DNA of 64,000 nt, taken from an uncultured Planctomycetia bacterium (GTDB lineage Bacteria; Omnitrophota; Gorgyraeia; B26-G9). A program made the position numbers and the translations under genes. The notes below the pieces were generated by a model. The model saw nothing but the letters and a program-made list of their open reading frames with translations. It made no database searches and was not told the DNA's origin. The stretch covers positions 28,552 through 92,551 of the forward strand of contig CAYTGV010000001.1 in NCBI GenBank assembly GCA_964437495.1. Reading direction: 5' to 3'. Shown piece after piece: positions 39,948 to 49,969 of the stretch. Each line of letters starts with the position of its first letter. The stretch's first letter is position 1.

Positions 39948-41309
39948 TTAAAAATCCGTTTCTTTAACTTTAAGTTTTCTACTCAGTTCTCTTGTCAGTT
40001 TTTTTAGACCGGGGCTTCGAATTACCGGGTAAACTTTTTCTGCCTTTAATTTCTTATAAGCTGCAGGCAGATCGTCGATCTGTCTTTTTACAAAGCTTCT
40101 GACCTGTGCCATCTTCGGCTGCGGCCTTAATAATCTGCCCTTTTCAATCATTTTCAACAAAAGCGGTTCACCTTTTTGCCGCTCAGTTTCTAAAGCCAGA
40201 ATATCTTTCATGAAATTACCCTTCCTATCCCTTAGGCGATAGATCTTTTTTCTACCCGGATAAGTAGCCTTATTTGAACTTAATTTCATTGTTGGGCAAA
40301 ATTTAGCTTTCCCATTATTAATCTCGCTTAGCTTATAGACAATATCACAATATGGCGCATCTGATGAAACCCCCATATTTGTTCCTACACCAAAACTGTC
40401 AATCGAAGCTTTAGCCCTTACTAGTTTTTCAATCTTATGCTCATCTAAATTACCGCTTGCCAGTATCTTTACATAGGCAAAACCATGCTTATTCAGCAAT
40501 GCCCTGATCTTTTTACTCTCTTTTACCAGATCTCCGCTATCTAAACGTACTCCAAGCAATTGAAACCCTTTTTTTTCAAGTTCTCTCGCAACTATTAATG
40601 CATTATTTATCCCCTGGCGATAACTATATGTATCCAGCAACAGCACTGACTCTTTAGGAAAAGTCTCTGTATATGCACGAAAACTCTCAAGTTCACTGTC
40701 AAAAGACATTACAAAAGAATGCGCCATTGTTCCTGCTAACTTAATGCCCAAAATCTTTCCAGCCAAAACATTTGAGGTTCCGCTACAACCTGCGATATAA
40801 CTGGCTTTGGCGACCTGCAGACTTGCAGCCGGCCCCTGAATTCTTCGCAGCGAAAAATCAAAAACAGGCCGCCCTCCTGCTGCAATAACAACCCTTGCCG
40901 CTTTAGAAGCAATTGCAGTCTGAATATTAATTGTGTTGAGAAGATACGCTTCAACGAGCTGTGCCTGAGCTAAAGGAGCAGTGATTCTCATTATAGGCTC
41001 TTGCGGAAAAATCAAAGTCCCCTCTCTGAGAGCCCAAACATCCCCGCTAAATTTAAGCCGGCTTAAAAATCTAAAGAAATCACTTTCAAAATTGTATTGT
41101 TTTAAATAAGCAATATCATCTTTTGTGAACTGGAAATTTTTCAAATATAAAAGAGCATCATTAATTCCGCAAGCAACCAAAAAAGACCTGTCTTTCGGAA
41201 GATTACGGATAAACAAATCAAATGTTGCCTCTGCCTGCGGCAAGAACCGCTTATATCCATTAGCCATTGTCAGAGCATAAAAATCCAGGATTAGGGCAGT
41301 TTTTCTCAT
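39948..41309 (-). CDS. pncB: Nicotinate phosphoribosyltransferase
   Basis: DFYALTM, DFSLRR, GTSNV, GTMAHS, RLDSGD, FGVGT. Confidence 0.95.
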   Translation of the reverse strand: MRKTALILDFYALTMANGYKRFLPQAEATFDLFIRNLPKDRSFLVACGINDALLYLKNFQFTKDDIAYLKQYNFESDFFRFLSRLKFSGDVWALREGTLIFPQEPIMRITAPLAQAQLVEAYLLNTINIQTAIASKAARVVIAAGGRPVFDFSLRRIQGPAASLQVAKASYIAGCSGTSNVLAGKILGIKLAGTMAHSFVMSFDSELESFRAYTETFPKESVLLLDTYSYRQGINNALIVARELEKKGFQLLGVRLDSGDLVKESKKIRALLNKHGFAYVKILASGNLDEHKIEKLVRAKASIDSFGVGTNMGVSSDAPYCDIVYKLSEINNGKAKFCPTMKLSSNKATYPGRKKIYRLRDRKGNFMKDILALETERQKGEPLLLKMIEKGRLLRPQPKMAQVRSFVKRQIDDLPAAYKKLKAEKVYPVIRSPGLKKLTRELSRKLKVKETDF

Positions 41310-41310
41310 A

Positions 41311-41985
41311 TTACCTCAATCCGAGCAAGAAATACTCTCCTGCCCCGATTAATAAAAGGCCGAATATTTTCTTTATGCGAATCATCCACATGCCTGATTT
41401 TGGCATCTTTTTAAGCAATCCGACAAATGCACCGAGTATTAATAAAGGCAGACCTAATCCCAGTGCATATGTAAACAACAATGTTGTTCCTAAAAACAAA
41501 TCCCCCTGCGAAGCTACATAAGTAAGTATTCCGCCTAAAACCGGTGTTGTACATGGCCCGAGAACTAAACCGGAAACTGCACCTAATAAAAAGGCACCTC
41601 CTATACTTGTTGTAGCTTTCGCTTTATTTGGCTTAAAGAAAGTGATCTGAGGGAAATGAAAAACATCAAGCATGAACAGCCCCATAAAAATAAATACATT
41701 TCCCACAAATACACTAAGCCAAAAATTATTCTGAAAGGCACCAAACAAAGAGCCGCTAAGGGCAGCCACTGCGCCCAAGACAGAGTAAACAAGAGCAAGA
41801 CCTAAAACATAGCTTAAAGAGCGGATAAAACCCTCTTTTTTAGTTTTTATCTCCGCACCACCCATATAACCAACAATAACCGGCAGTATCGGATAGATGC
41901 ATGGGGTAAAACAAATCACAATCCCTGATACAAATACAATGAAATATGTTAAAAAAGAAATATTCTCTAAAGAAATCTGCTGCAT
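41311..41985 (-). CDS. ccdA: CcdA/DsbD-TM thiol-redox transporter
   Basis: FTPCIYPILP and GPCTTPVL; six TMs. Confidence 0.88.
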   Translation of the reverse strand: MQQISLENISFLTYFIVFVSGIVICFTPCIYPILPVIVGYMGGAEIKTKKEGFIRSLSYVLGLALVYSVLGAVAALSGSLFGAFQNNFWLSVFVGNVFIFMGLFMLDVFHFPQITFFKPNKAKATTSIGGAFLLGAVSGLVLGPCTTPVLGGILTYVASQGDLFLGTTLLFTYALGLGLPLLILGAFVGLLKKMPKSGMWMIRIKKIFGLLLIGAGEYFLLGLR

Positions 41986-42009
41986 CTGTCCTCCTTTTCA
42001 GGATTCGAT

Positions 42010-42682
42010 TTATCGCTTCCTATTGCGTAAAAAAGAAGCAAACACAAATCCCCCTGTGAAACCACCTATATACGCCCACCAGGCTACCTTAACCAGGCCT
42101 TGCCTTGAACCCGGCAAAGTAAAAAATCCATTTAAGAACTGGATAAGAAACCATATACCTAAAAAGAAATATACCGGCATCTCCGCCACAGTCCAAAAAA
42201 TAAACACCGAAAACAAAATTATTATTTTTGCCCCAGAAAAAACAACAAATACGCTCCAGGGACACCAGAAATACATCCGCTTGCCCCCAAAGCAGGCACA
42301 TTAGAATGAATATTTAAATATATGCGTAAAATTTCCAACAAGACCACACAAAATATAAAAGATTAAAAATTTAAAGTGCCCTAATTTATCTTCGGCATTA
42401 TCTCCCAATATCCACAAATACCACATATTCCTCAGTCAATGAAGCCAGCCGGCATGCAGAAAAAGTGAACTTATCAAAGATATTATTCCGGCAATAGCCT
42501 GCGATAATGTCCAGGCCCGCATATTTAAAAAAGCCTCAGGAACTACCGCAAATCTAGAAATCACTTCTTTAAGTTACGATCCAAGCAAAATTTCCTTTAA
42601 AAATATATATATATGCGATTATCAGCAAAATAGTTACCAGCGCCAACCTTCTTGCCTTAGCCTTATCGCGCAAAGGTATCAA
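42010..42682 (-). pseudogene. Rhomboid intramembrane protease pseudogene
   Basis: Start (TTG)IPLRD; FLHAGWLH*LRNMWYLWILGDN; stops at 42574-42576 and 42436-42438; frameshifts near GASG; catalytic His reads Y (WAYIGGF). Confidence 0.85.
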
Positions 42683-43348
42683 TATGAAACTCCTTACTAA
42701 TATTTAGCTTAGAATAATATTTTAACAAATTGCTAGATATTCTGCAACACAATTAACTTTTTATAATTAATCTGTTTTTTTAAAGACCCGTCAAAATAGA
42801 AAAATGCTGTAACCTATTAATAATAAAATTGTTATGAATTCAAAAAAGCCTTTATTTTTAAACCCTGGCTTTACTTATTTAATAAAACTCTATTTCTACA
42901 TAAAAAAAAGGAGCTTTTAATACTTACTCTTAAACAAATCCTTGTATGCCTACAAGATCTATGGATCACGACATTAAAACTGTTGATTTTAGAAAATCCA
43001 CATTCAAAAACACAAAAATAAGCTTAAATTAAGAGATCATAAAGCTGCTTGGACAAAAATTCAGCATCAAAAGAGTTCTAACCGCAATTTTTTCAGCCAT
43101 GGGCAAAAGTGTACAATATATAAATAAAGTTCCCCGCGCATTAAAATTAATGAAAAACAGAAATATAAATCGCCAAGGAAATGGGATATTATAGAATCTT
43201 CACTGTATCACCTCAATATAGAGAATAAGGTCTATGCCTTATTAATGGCAAGAAATGCAGGCCATTTACAAAAAGCATCAGTATTAAAGCCCCATAACTA
43301 TGTTTTTAACATAATATACAACAAGACATCTGCCGCCAGAAACTTAGT

Positions 43349-44821
43349 CTAGTTTGCATTCCCCGCACCATAATCGTGAAAATACTCCATTATTATTGCC
43401 GCAATATTTTCGGCTATTATCCGATATCCATGCTTTGTACAATGCCTGTCTTCTTCTGAGACAAAGTAATATTTATAAGGCCGATGCCTTAAGAGCTGAA
43501 CAAATCTCTCTTCATGCCGAATAATCTCAATCTTATACCTGAAAGCCACTTCCATTATTTCAGATGAAACCCCATCAGGATATCCCGAAAAGAAAAGCCT
43601 TATATTGTTACGCTCACAAGACTCTACCATTTCTTTTAAATTAGCAGACAAAATTTCAGAAACATTGCTTTCTTTCATAAGAACATTCGCGAAATATAAA
43701 TTTGCTATTTTAAAAATACTGTTCCTGCCTCGAAGTTTATCCTGAAAGTAATCACGCCTTAATTTTGCGTTCTTGTCTACCATTTCTATAGCTAACTCAA
43801 TACAATCTCTACTTTTCGGATCCAGCTTCAAGGCCTTCAGATAATAAGCCCTGGATTCTATAAAAAAATTATCCATATAAAGGTCACCTGCCATACGAAT
43901 ATACGCCTGAGATAAAAATTTTTTAGCCATATTATTTTTTGGAAATTTTAATAAGAATTTTTCGTAAAATAAAACAGTTTTTTCAATAATATCCATTCTC
44001 ATAAAGACATCCTCCAGTTCTTGATGCCAGATTCGAGCCTCAGGATTCTTATTCAAAGCAACCGTTAAACGATTTAACGCTTTAGCATATTCTCTGTTAA
44101 GCTTATAACAACGAATTAATTCAAGTACGCTCAGATCATCATTGCCATCGATCATTATTGCTTTATAATAAAATCGTTTTGCCAATCCATAATAACCAAA
44201 GTCTCTATATATATTTGCGTAACGTATTAAGATAGGAACAGTTTGGACTTGGGCCAGCTTTAACCGGGCGAAATGATTATATTTTTCTTTCGAATTGATT
44301 TGTGCACTCTTCAATTTTAAGTTTTGCAAAATCACAGAAAAAAACTTAGAGATTCTAAGCCTTCCCATAAGAAACTGAAACAGTTTTCTATCTAATCTGA
44401 TATTACTATCATCAAAATTCCAGGTATCATTTCCGCCGCACATAATAATCACTGCCTCGGGCTTAAGATCAGAGACCGCTTTTTTAAGCTTTTTAAGAAC
44501 CTGGGTAGAATTGCTGCCGGGAACTCCCAAATTAATAATATTGAACTTTTTCCCATTTTTTTGTTGATTTAATATCTCCTGCATCTGCACAGGATAGCTA
44601 AATTTGGCTTTTGCTCCAATTCCGTAAGTAAACGAATCGCCAAAACAAAGAATTTTTATTGCTTGATATTGGGCTTCCTGGCCTTTTGCTCTATAAATGT
44701 GCTGCATAAAATAACTGCACACAGACAGAACCGTTTCCATGCTCAGAAGCGCAATACTGATTCCAAGAACGATGAGCAATATTTTTAAACGCAATTTTAT
44801 TGATTTTTTCTTATTCTTCAT
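43349..44821 (-). CDS. Membrane-anchored SGNH/GDSL hydrolase with inserted TPRs
   Basis: TM; FGDSFT, NLGVPG, GGND, DRH; helical TPR block before the DxH motif. Confidence 0.8.
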   Translation of the reverse strand: MKNKKKSIKLRLKILLIVLGISIALLSMETVLSVCSYFMQHIYRAKGQEAQYQAIKILCFGDSFTYGIGAKAKFSYPVQMQEILNQQKNGKKFNIINLGVPGSNSTQVLKKLKKAVSDLKPEAVIIMCGGNDTWNFDDSNIRLDRKLFQFLMGRLRISKFFSVILQNLKLKSAQINSKEKYNHFARLKLAQVQTVPILIRYANIYRDFGYYGLAKRFYYKAIMIDGNDDLSVLELIRCYKLNREYAKALNRLTVALNKNPEARIWHQELEDVFMRMDIIEKTVLFYEKFLLKFPKNNMAKKFLSQAYIRMAGDLYMDNFFIESRAYYLKALKLDPKSRDCIELAIEMVDKNAKLRRDYFQDKLRGRNSIFKIANLYFANVLMKESNVSEILSANLKEMVESCERNNIRLFFSGYPDGVSSEIMEVAFRYKIEIIRHEERFVQLLRHRPYKYYFVSEEDRHCTKHGYRIIAENIAAIIMEYFHDYGAGNAN

Positions 44822-45455
44822 TTCGGGAATTTTTCCAGTATTCACAGTATTTATTTATAACACATTCTTTGCATCTGGGTTTTCGCGAAATACAAATTTC
44901 ACGGCCATGAGCAATGAGTAAATGATTTATTGCCCCCCAATCCCTGCGCACAAAAAGATCCATAAGATCTTTCTCTATCTTCACCGGATTGTTATTTTGC
45001 GTTAAGCCTAGCCTTTGAGCAAGACGCCGCACATGTGTATCCACAGCAATTCCTTCATTTTTCGAAAAAGCATTATATAAAATAACATTTGCGGATTTTC
45101 TGGCAATACCCGGAAGGCTAACTAAATCAGCCATATTCTCCGGAATATGTCCTTTAAACTTGTCTCTTAACATAATAGCTACTGCAATAATATTTTTTGC
45201 TTTATTGCGAAAGAATCCTACAGAACGGATATCCTGTTCTAATATTTCAACTTTAGCATTTGCCCAATCAGATAGAAAGCGATATTTTTGAAACAAAGAG
45301 TCTGTGACAATATTAACGCGCCTGTCAGTACACTGTGCAGAAAGCATCGTGGCGACAAGAAGCTCAAAATTATTTGAAAACCTTAAAGCAATTTTAGCCT
45401 CAGGGTATTTTTTTTTAAGTACTTTGATCAATTTTGCTTTTTTACTTCGATACAC
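44811..45455 (-). CDS. nth: Endonuclease III
   Basis: LSAQCTD, LPGIARKSAN, VDTHV, C-x6-C-x2-C-x5-C. Confidence 0.96.
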   Translation of the reverse strand: MYRSKKAKLIKVLKKKYPEAKIALRFSNNFELLVATMLSAQCTDRRVNIVTDSLFQKYRFLSDWANAKVEILEQDIRSVGFFRNKAKNIIAVAIMLRDKFKGHIPENMADLVSLPGIARKSANVILYNAFSKNEGIAVDTHVRRLAQRLGLTQNNNPVKIEKDLMDLFVRRDWGAINHLLIAHGREICISRKPRCKECVINKYCEYWKNSRNEE

Positions 45456-45580
45456 GTAGAATCACCTTTTTTAAAAATTATTCAATATTATTGATATTGT
45501 ACCAAAATTTACAAAAAATATTTGCATTAATTTATTTTTGTGCTTATAATAAAATTAATCATGAACTTAAGGAGGATAGC

Positions 45581-45769
45581 ATGAAAGCAATTATAGACAC
45601 AGAAGCTTGTGTAGGATGTGGATTATGCGCTAATATGTGCGCAGAGGTATACCAGATGGAAGACGACAAAGCAATTGTTATCGGCAATTCCATTCCAGAG
45701 GAACTCTTGGATTCAGCAAAAGAAGCAGCCACAAGCTGCCCTGTAGAAGCAATAAAAATAGAGGGTTAA
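45581..45769 (+). CDS. Single-cluster ferredoxin
   Basis: CVGCGLC..CPVEAI; AAGGAGG SD; TTGCAT-N17-TATAAT at 45522-45550. Confidence 0.93.
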   Translation: MKAIIDTEACVGCGLCANMCAEVYQMEDDKAIVIGNSIPEELLDSAKEAATSCPVEAIKIEG

Positions 45770-45789
45770 TTTTTTTAACCCTCTATTTT
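45755..45789. terminator. Bidirectional intrinsic terminator
   Basis: AAAATAGAGGGTTAA-TTTTT-TTAACCCTCTATTTT between convergent genes. Confidence 0.8.
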
Positions 45790-45830
45790 ATAAATACCCT
45801 GATCTCTTGATTTATAATAACTCTTTAAAT

Positions 45831-46637
45831 CTAATATTTTAGGCCAATTAAATATTCCAAATCATCCCATGGTTTACGACTCCCTTGGATAGCCACGATA
45901 AATTCCTTATTCCCCTTGCTGAATGCACCAAGAAAACAGTGTTTTGCCGCTTGAGTATAGCCTGTCTTTCCAATAAGATTATTGGTTGTACGCCAAAGAA
46001 ACTTATTATGATTGCGTAATTTAATTACTTTACCGTCACTGCCGGATATACTGGCATACTTCTTCCCCAATATTTTAGTCAATGCCGGATATTCAAGACA
46101 TTTCTTCATAAATAAAGCCAGGTCATAAGCAGTAGAATACTGTCGTTTTTTATGTTCAGGCAATCCTGTGGCATTGAGGAAAAAGCTGTTTTTCGCTCCC
46201 CATGATTTTGCCTGTTTATTCATTAATAATGAGAACTTAAACTCAGTTTCCGCCATAGCCTCAGCCAAAACAACCCCGGCATCATTAGCCGAACTCATCA
46301 AAAAACACAGAAGCAGATCCTTAACCTTATATTTTTTCTTTTCGCTTAAATACACCTTACTCGGAGCTATCCCCGCAGCCCTTTTACTGATAATTAAACT
46401 CCTTTTAAAATCCAGATTATCAGCGGCCATAACTGCAGTCAGCACTTTTACCGTACTTGCCGCAGGCATCCTTAAAGAGGAGTTTTTTTCAAACAGAACA
46501 GCTCCGCTATGTGCATCCATAATAATAGCAGATCTTGCCGTAAGTCCTGCACTTTGCTTAGAAAGCCCTACCCTTGCAAAAAACTGGCCCATAATAATTA
46601 CGGCTAAAAAGCATATTATATATTTAGTGAATTTCAT
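45831..46637 (-). CDS. D-alanyl-D-alanine carboxypeptidase (peptidase S11)
   Basis: ASTVK (SxxK), SAN and KTG motifs. Confidence 0.92.
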   Translation of the reverse strand: MKFTKYIICFLAVIIMGQFFARVGLSKQSAGLTARSAIIMDAHSGAVLFEKNSSLRMPAASTVKVLTAVMAADNLDFKRSLIISKRAAGIAPSKVYLSEKKKYKVKDLLLCFLMSSANDAGVVLAEAMAETEFKFSLLMNKQAKSWGAKNSFFLNATGLPEHKKRQYSTAYDLALFMKKCLEYPALTKILGKKYASISGSDGKVIKLRNHNKFLWRTTNNLIGKTGYTQAAKHCFLGAFSKGNKEFIVAIQGSRKPWDDLEYLIGLKY

Positions 46638-46638
46638 T

Positions 46639-47058
46639 TCATTTTCCTAAAAAAGTTAGGACAATCTTTCTGTCTCTTACTCGAGTATCGAATTCTGCCA
46701 AAACAACCTGCTGCCAGGTTCCCAAAAGCAGTTTCCCGTCATTAAAAGGTACAATCATCCCGGATCCCTGAAGCGCTGCCCGAACATGGCTAAAGCCATT
46801 GGCATCATTCCAGGTCTCATTATGCAAATAGTGTTTTTCACTTGGCGCAATCCGTTCATACAAATCCCTCATGTCTGAGATCATGCCTGATTCATACTCA
46901 AAAGATGTTATTGCCGCAGTTGATCCGACAACAAACACATTCATCAAGCCTTCGCTAAGAAATGACTGCTGCAAAGCCTCCTGAAGATCACTGGTAATAT
47001 CAATTAAATCTCCGGCACCCTTTGTTTTATGCTTTAGAATCTGCGTTATAATTTCCAT
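46639..47058 (-). CDS. yjbQ: YjbQ/UPF0047 family protein
   Basis: GSTAAI, NGFSHVRA and LGTWQ..EFD motifs. Confidence 0.9.
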   Translation of the reverse strand: MEIITQILKHKTKGAGDLIDITSDLQEALQQSFLSEGLMNVFVVGSTAAITSFEYESGMISDMRDLYERIAPSEKHYLHNETWNDANGFSHVRAALQGSGMIVPFNDGKLLLGTWQQVVLAEFDTRVRDRKIVLTFLGK

Positions 47059-47196
47059 AGTACAATTCTATCCCCAACAACTTGATCATGAAATTTTATG
47101 TTTTGTCATTAATAATATTCATTGACGAAAATTGTTTATCAAGTTATAATTTTTATAAATATTTTAACATAGATTTATCTTAACTAGGAGAAAAAA

Positions 47197-47754
47197 GTGA
47201 ACAAGAAAATATCTAAGCAAAAAAAGCAACTTTTTACCATTCTCAAAAAAAATTCATTTAAACGCAAACGCGTCATTCTCTCCAGCGGGAAAGCCAGTAA
47301 TTTTTACTTTGACGGAAGAATAAGCTCTCTTATAAGCTCAGGCGCTTATCTTATTGCAGAGATACTTCTGGATATGATAAAATATGATAAAATTGACGCG
47401 ATTGGTGGACTTACACTCGGAGCTGATCCTATAATCGGAGCAACAGTTGCCATAAGTTTTGGGAAAAGCAGGCCGATTAATGGTTTCATTGTAAGAAAAG
47501 ATGAAAAAAAACACGGCATGAAAAGAAAAATTGAAGGGCCGGCGCTGAAGAAATCAAGCAGAGTTGTAATTATCGATGATGTAGTTACAACCGGTTCATC
47601 AACGATTCAAGCTATTAAATCCGTGCAGGAAATCGGATGCAAAATTGTCCGCGTAATCGCAGTAGTTGACAGAAACGAAGGCGCAAAAGAGAATATTGAA
47701 AAATGCAAATGTAAGCTTGAATCGATTTTTACAAAAGCTGACTTCGGAGTTTAA
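47197..47754 (+). CDS. pyrE: Orotate phosphoribosyltransferase
   Basis: LSSG..FYFD, RK..KKHG, IDDVVTTGSS; promoter TTGACG-N17-TATAAT at 47122-47150. Confidence 0.95.
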   Translation: MNKKISKQKKQLFTILKKNSFKRKRVILSSGKASNFYFDGRISSLISSGAYLIAEILLDMIKYDKIDAIGGLTLGADPIIGATVAISFGKSRPINGFIVRKDEKKHGMKRKIEGPALKKSSRVVIIDDVVTTGSSTIQAIKSVQEIGCKIVRVIAVVDRNEGAKENIEKCKCKLESIFTKADFGV

Positions 47755-47768
47755 CTTAAGGATCTATT

Positions 47769-48512
47769 ATGGATGTTATTGGTATAATACCCGCGCGTTA
47801 TGGTTCAACCAGGCTTGCTGCAAAAGCACTTGCTAACATATTGGGCAAGCCTATGATACAGCATATATATGAAAGAGCCAAGGAAGCTTCTGTCTTAGAT
47901 GAAGTTATTGTGGCTACAGATGATGAAAGGATAAAAAAGGCCGTAGACTCTTTTGGAGGAAAAGCTTTACTTACATCTAAAGAGCACACATCGGGAACAG
48001 AACGGCTTACTGAAGTAGTTTTCGACATGGATGTGAAGGTTATTGTTAATATCCAAGGCGATGAGCCTCTTATTCACCCATCCATGATTAATGATGTTGC
48101 TTATGCCATACTCGAAAATCAAAATATCGTCATGGCAACCCTAAAACAACTTATCACTGATATAAATGAGTTTAATAATCCAAATGTAGTAAAGGTAATC
48201 ACGGATAAAAATAACTTTGCTATTTATTTTTCCAGGTCTCCTCTGCCAAACATATTAAGGAAAAAAGAAGGATTAGATATACCGATTTACAAGCATGTCG
48301 GGATTTATGCTTACACAAAAGACTTTTTACTTACTTTCAAAGGATTGAGATCCTCAAAGCTAGAGCTTGCAGAATCACTGGAGCAGCTAAGAGCAATAGA
48401 GAACGGCTATAAAATAAAAGTGCTGGAAACCAGACACGAAACTATCAGCATAGATACGCAGGAAGATCTCGATAAGGTCATAGACTATCTTAAGAATTCA
48501 ATTAATAGCTAA
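47769..48512 (+). CDS. kdsB: CMP-KDO synthetase
   Basis: IPARYGSTRL, SGTER, NIQGDEP, LEQLR. Confidence 0.96.
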   Translation: MDVIGIIPARYGSTRLAAKALANILGKPMIQHIYERAKEASVLDEVIVATDDERIKKAVDSFGGKALLTSKEHTSGTERLTEVVFDMDVKVIVNIQGDEPLIHPSMINDVAYAILENQNIVMATLKQLITDINEFNNPNVVKVITDKNNFAIYFSRSPLPNILRKKEGLDIPIYKHVGIYAYTKDFLLTFKGLRSSKLELAESLEQLRAIENGYKIKVLETRHETISIDTQEDLDKVIDYLKNSINS

Positions 48513-49945
48513 ATAGACTGATTTAGCCACTCTTGCTGTGTCTGCTCAAGAAGCTGTTCTGCTTTCACCTTATCTTCAAGCGGAACATACAGATAATAAC
48601 CGGACGCAATGGTTCGAATCGGCAAGCCCCAGCTAAAATGGGACGGTTTAATCTCATTCATAATGCTTCTGCTTCTAAGACATGCCTTCTTCACCTCTGC
48701 CTCAGTTTCATCAATGGCAATATCTAAAAGGGTCCATTGTTTTGAAGGAAGGCTGCAGATTTTACGGAAAAATTTCAGTTGTCTTTTTATGTCATGGTAT
48801 ACTCCGACCAGAACTATCAAACCAAAAGCACCAAAAATACCTGCACTCATAAAGGAAATCTTAAGGATCAACGGTAAAGCAACTGGAAGGTAATAAATCG
48901 CTACAAATAATATCACGCTTAATGTTATCGTTTTAGTAATGGAAGCATTCAAATAATCTATTATCTTTTTATTTTGGCTTTCCTTTATTTTGCACTTATG
49001 CGCCAAAATGAGCTCATAAAATCTTCTGGGCCGATAGATTACTTTTGCGTAAACAAGCGTAAAGAAAATTATAGCAATTAAAACCATTGCAAAAGAAGCA
49101 AGATCAAACGAAACCTCAAAATAAGAGAATACTGTCTCTGTAATAATCAAAGGCCATACCCCCATCCATACCGGCCTTATTGAAATATGAAAATGCTCAT
49201 TATTTTCAGTACACATATCTATTCTATTTACAATTCTAGTAACTTTTCTGGCAAAATAAATAAAAGCTATTGTTATAACACTGAAAATAAACAAATGTTT
49301 CAAGCCTATCAGATTCCTGCCCCAGAATACAACCAATTGATCCCCGGCAAAAATAAATCTTAATATCACTTCTACGGCAAAAATCATACCCACTCCATTA
49401 CCAAAACCATATTTATTTATAACCTGCGTAAGCATTATAAAAATAAGCGTCATTACACAAAGAGAAAGAATGGTAGTTATCTGAAAAGGAAGTCCGGCAA
49501 ATTTCAGCAGGTTAATATCCGGGAATTGATTCAAAAGCTGCAAATCCATACTTGCCTGATATCCGGAAAACACACTTAAAATCAGGGCAATAATTACAGT
49601 CCCATACATCATTTTAGAACGCCCATGTTGTTCATGAAAAAACTTTCTATTTAACCCAGGCACAAGAAAAGCTATTATTTGAAGCATTACACAGGCATTA
49701 ATAAAAGGCATTATCCCTAAGGAACTTACCGATACATTACGCAGTTTTCCAATATGCACAAGAGCCATCAAATCCATTAAGCCCCCGCCTTGCGTCCTAA
49801 TATGCTGCTTATAGAGCTCAGCCAATGCGCTTAAATCAACCCCTGGCAGAGGCAAAAAATAAAGCACACGTACAAGCACAAGAACAGCTATGGTAACTAA
49901 AATCCTCTTCCATATGCCACATTCATCACTTTTTTTTATCGTCAT
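48509..49945 (-). CDS. Divergent SecY paralogue with a C-terminal DUF2007-like domain
   Basis: KRILVT..R..LPLPGVD, SLGIMPFINA, GRSK, GFGNGVG, GVWPLI, LIVLVGV..D follow SecY TM1-TM10 in order; IPGIRPG absent; ~95-aa soluble tail. Confidence 0.85.
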   Translation of the reverse strand: MTIKKSDECGIWKRILVTIAVLVLVRVLYFLPLPGVDLSALAELYKQHIRTQGGGLMDLMALVHIGKLRNVSVSSLGIMPFINACVMLQIIAFLVPGLNRKFFHEQHGRSKMMYGTVIIALILSVFSGYQASMDLQLLNQFPDINLLKFAGLPFQITTILSLCVMTLIFIMLTQVINKYGFGNGVGMIFAVEVILRFIFAGDQLVVFWGRNLIGLKHLFIFSVITIAFIYFARKVTRIVNRIDMCTENNEHFHISIRPVWMGVWPLIITETVFSYFEVSFDLASFAMVLIAIIFFTLVYAKVIYRPRRFYELILAHKCKIKESQNKKIIDYLNASITKTITLSVILFVAIYYLPVALPLILKISFMSAGIFGAFGLIVLVGVYHDIKRQLKFFRKICSLPSKQWTLLDIAIDETEAEVKKACLRSRSIMNEIKPSHFSWGLPIRTIASGYYLYVPLEDKVKAEQLLEQTQQEWLNQSI

Positions 49946-49969
49946 CTTATCCCACCCTTCAAAAGAAGA

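Noticed and set aside
42700-43340. Possible gene or ncRNA in the AT-rich gap
   Set aside because: No open frame or recognisable structure; at most a decayed remnant.
45434-45580. N-terminal extension of the ferredoxin ORF
   Set aside because: This stretch is the promoter region; the SD supports the start at 45581.
48509-49945. Calling this gene the housekeeping secY or Firmicute-type secY2
   Set aside because: No spc-operon context, no secA2/asp/gtf genes, and the conserved C5 motif is missing.
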